From positions 1 through 15,698 of the forward strand of contig JBGFRX010000010.1 of NCBI GenBank assembly GCA_041694885.1: DNA of 15,698 bases. The letters are read 5' to 3'. Below are positions 14,877 through 15,698 of this stretch, in pieces. The position numbers and the translations under genes were made by a program. The notes under the pieces were generated by a model that worked only from the letters and a program-made list of their open reading frames with translations, searched no databases and was not told where the DNA came from. The DNA is from Candidatus Micrarchaeota archaeon (lineage in GTDB: Archaea; Micrarchaeota; Micrarchaeia; Anstonellales; Bilamarchaeaceae). Position 1 is the first letter of the stretch. The number at the start of each line of letters is the position of its first letter.

Positions 14877-15553
14877 ACGAATATTGTTCCTGATTTCGTA
14901 CTCATATTGACTGCATAGTGCGAACTCCCTTTCTCGAAAAAGAGTAGCTGGCCCTTGCAGCTAAGTATTTTTCCTTCTATATTTGGAGCTTCGGAAACGC
15001 TTGGGGGCACGTCGTAAGCGAGAGAGCGCACTTTCATCTCCCCTTCGCAGCCATCGAGCAGCCCGCTTTCTTTTATTTTGGGTATGTAAGCAGTTATGCG
15101 CGCGGGGTTTTCCTGATTAAGAAGCCGCAGCTTTTGGAGCGAAGTTATGCCGCTCCTGATTGCAAAATTGCGCTGCACTTTCTTTTCTATCGAGTACGCT
15201 GCTTCCGCATTATCTGTTTTTGCGATTTCGGAAAAATAATCAACGCCCTGCTCGCGCACCCTTTCCGCGAGCCTGGAGGAGCAGGTAACTCCGCACTTCA
15301 CCATATGGCCGAAAGAGGCGAGATAGACACTGAATTGCTGGTTCCTGAATTTCCCGTAAAATTGCCCAAAGCCGCGGAAGTCAAGGCGGGTGTAGAGACG
15401 CAGGATGTCGCGCGCTGCACATGCAGGGCATTGCTTCTGGCCCGACATTTTGCCGGGGCAGGGATGAAGGGTGGTTCCATCGTTGTAGCCGATGCAGTGC
15501 TTTTCATTTCCGAACTCCACGCGCATCGTTCCCTCTAAGTTGAGATGGTTCAT
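14855..15553 (-). CDS. DUF2797-family Cys-rich (putative Zn-binding) protein
   Basis: CIG...CP...QCPAC, VYLASFG..VKCGVT and R..EQG match my recollection of the DUF2797 pattern. The start is uncertain (15553, 15523 or 15619). It overlaps the GT2 3' end by 22 bp. Confidence 0.75.
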   Translation of the reverse strand: MNHLNLEGTMRVEFGNEKHCIGYNDGTTLHPCPGKMSGQKQCPACAARDILRLYTRLDFRGFGQFYGKFRNQQFSVYLASFGHMVKCGVTCSSRLAERVREQGVDYFSEIAKTDNAEAAYSIEKKVQRNFAIRSGITSLQKLRLLNQENPARITAYIPKIKESGLLDGCEGEMKVRSLAYDVPPSVSEAPNIEGKILSCKGQLLFFEKGSSHYAVNMSTKSGTIFVYSRIGS

Positions 15554-15698
15554 TTCGCTTGGACCCCAAAATTTTATTATGGAGCCAAGGGGGGAGAAGT
15601 AAATGAAATGGTTGGCCATGGCTTGTACTTGGTTTTCGGATTTTTAAATGTGTTTTAGGGGGCTTTCCGGTGGCTTTTTCTTTCAATAAGAAAAACCC

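Overview
Archaeal chromosomal window; the compact layout and orphan genes suggest a DPANN-type lineage such as Micrarchaeota, but that is inference only. Housekeeping genes are tfb, pgk, topA, truD, trm1, an intron-containing tRNA-Ile(GAT) and mre11. Also present are a NitT/TauT-type ABC permease and ATPase with a stand-alone AAA-associated domain gene, a GT2 glycosyltransferase, a DUF2797 protein, two orphan ORFs and a frameshifted ATPase/DUF4143 remnant. The most notable signals are small-scale: (1) degenerate 7-bp tandem repeats around the tRNA that also occur in frame inside truD and mre11; (2) a 67-bp near-perfect in-frame copy of an internal tfb segment just after the tfb stop; (3) two adjacent, otherwise dissimilar orphans that both end in LCExAxV; (4) a 354-bp internally deleted IS481-like element between mre11 and a candidate 24-aa membrane peptide gene; (5) a 17-bp duplication of the tRNA 3' end. 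Many starts lie 29-33 nt after a TATA-like box, consistent with leaderless mRNAs. All family assignments come from motif recognition, not database searches.
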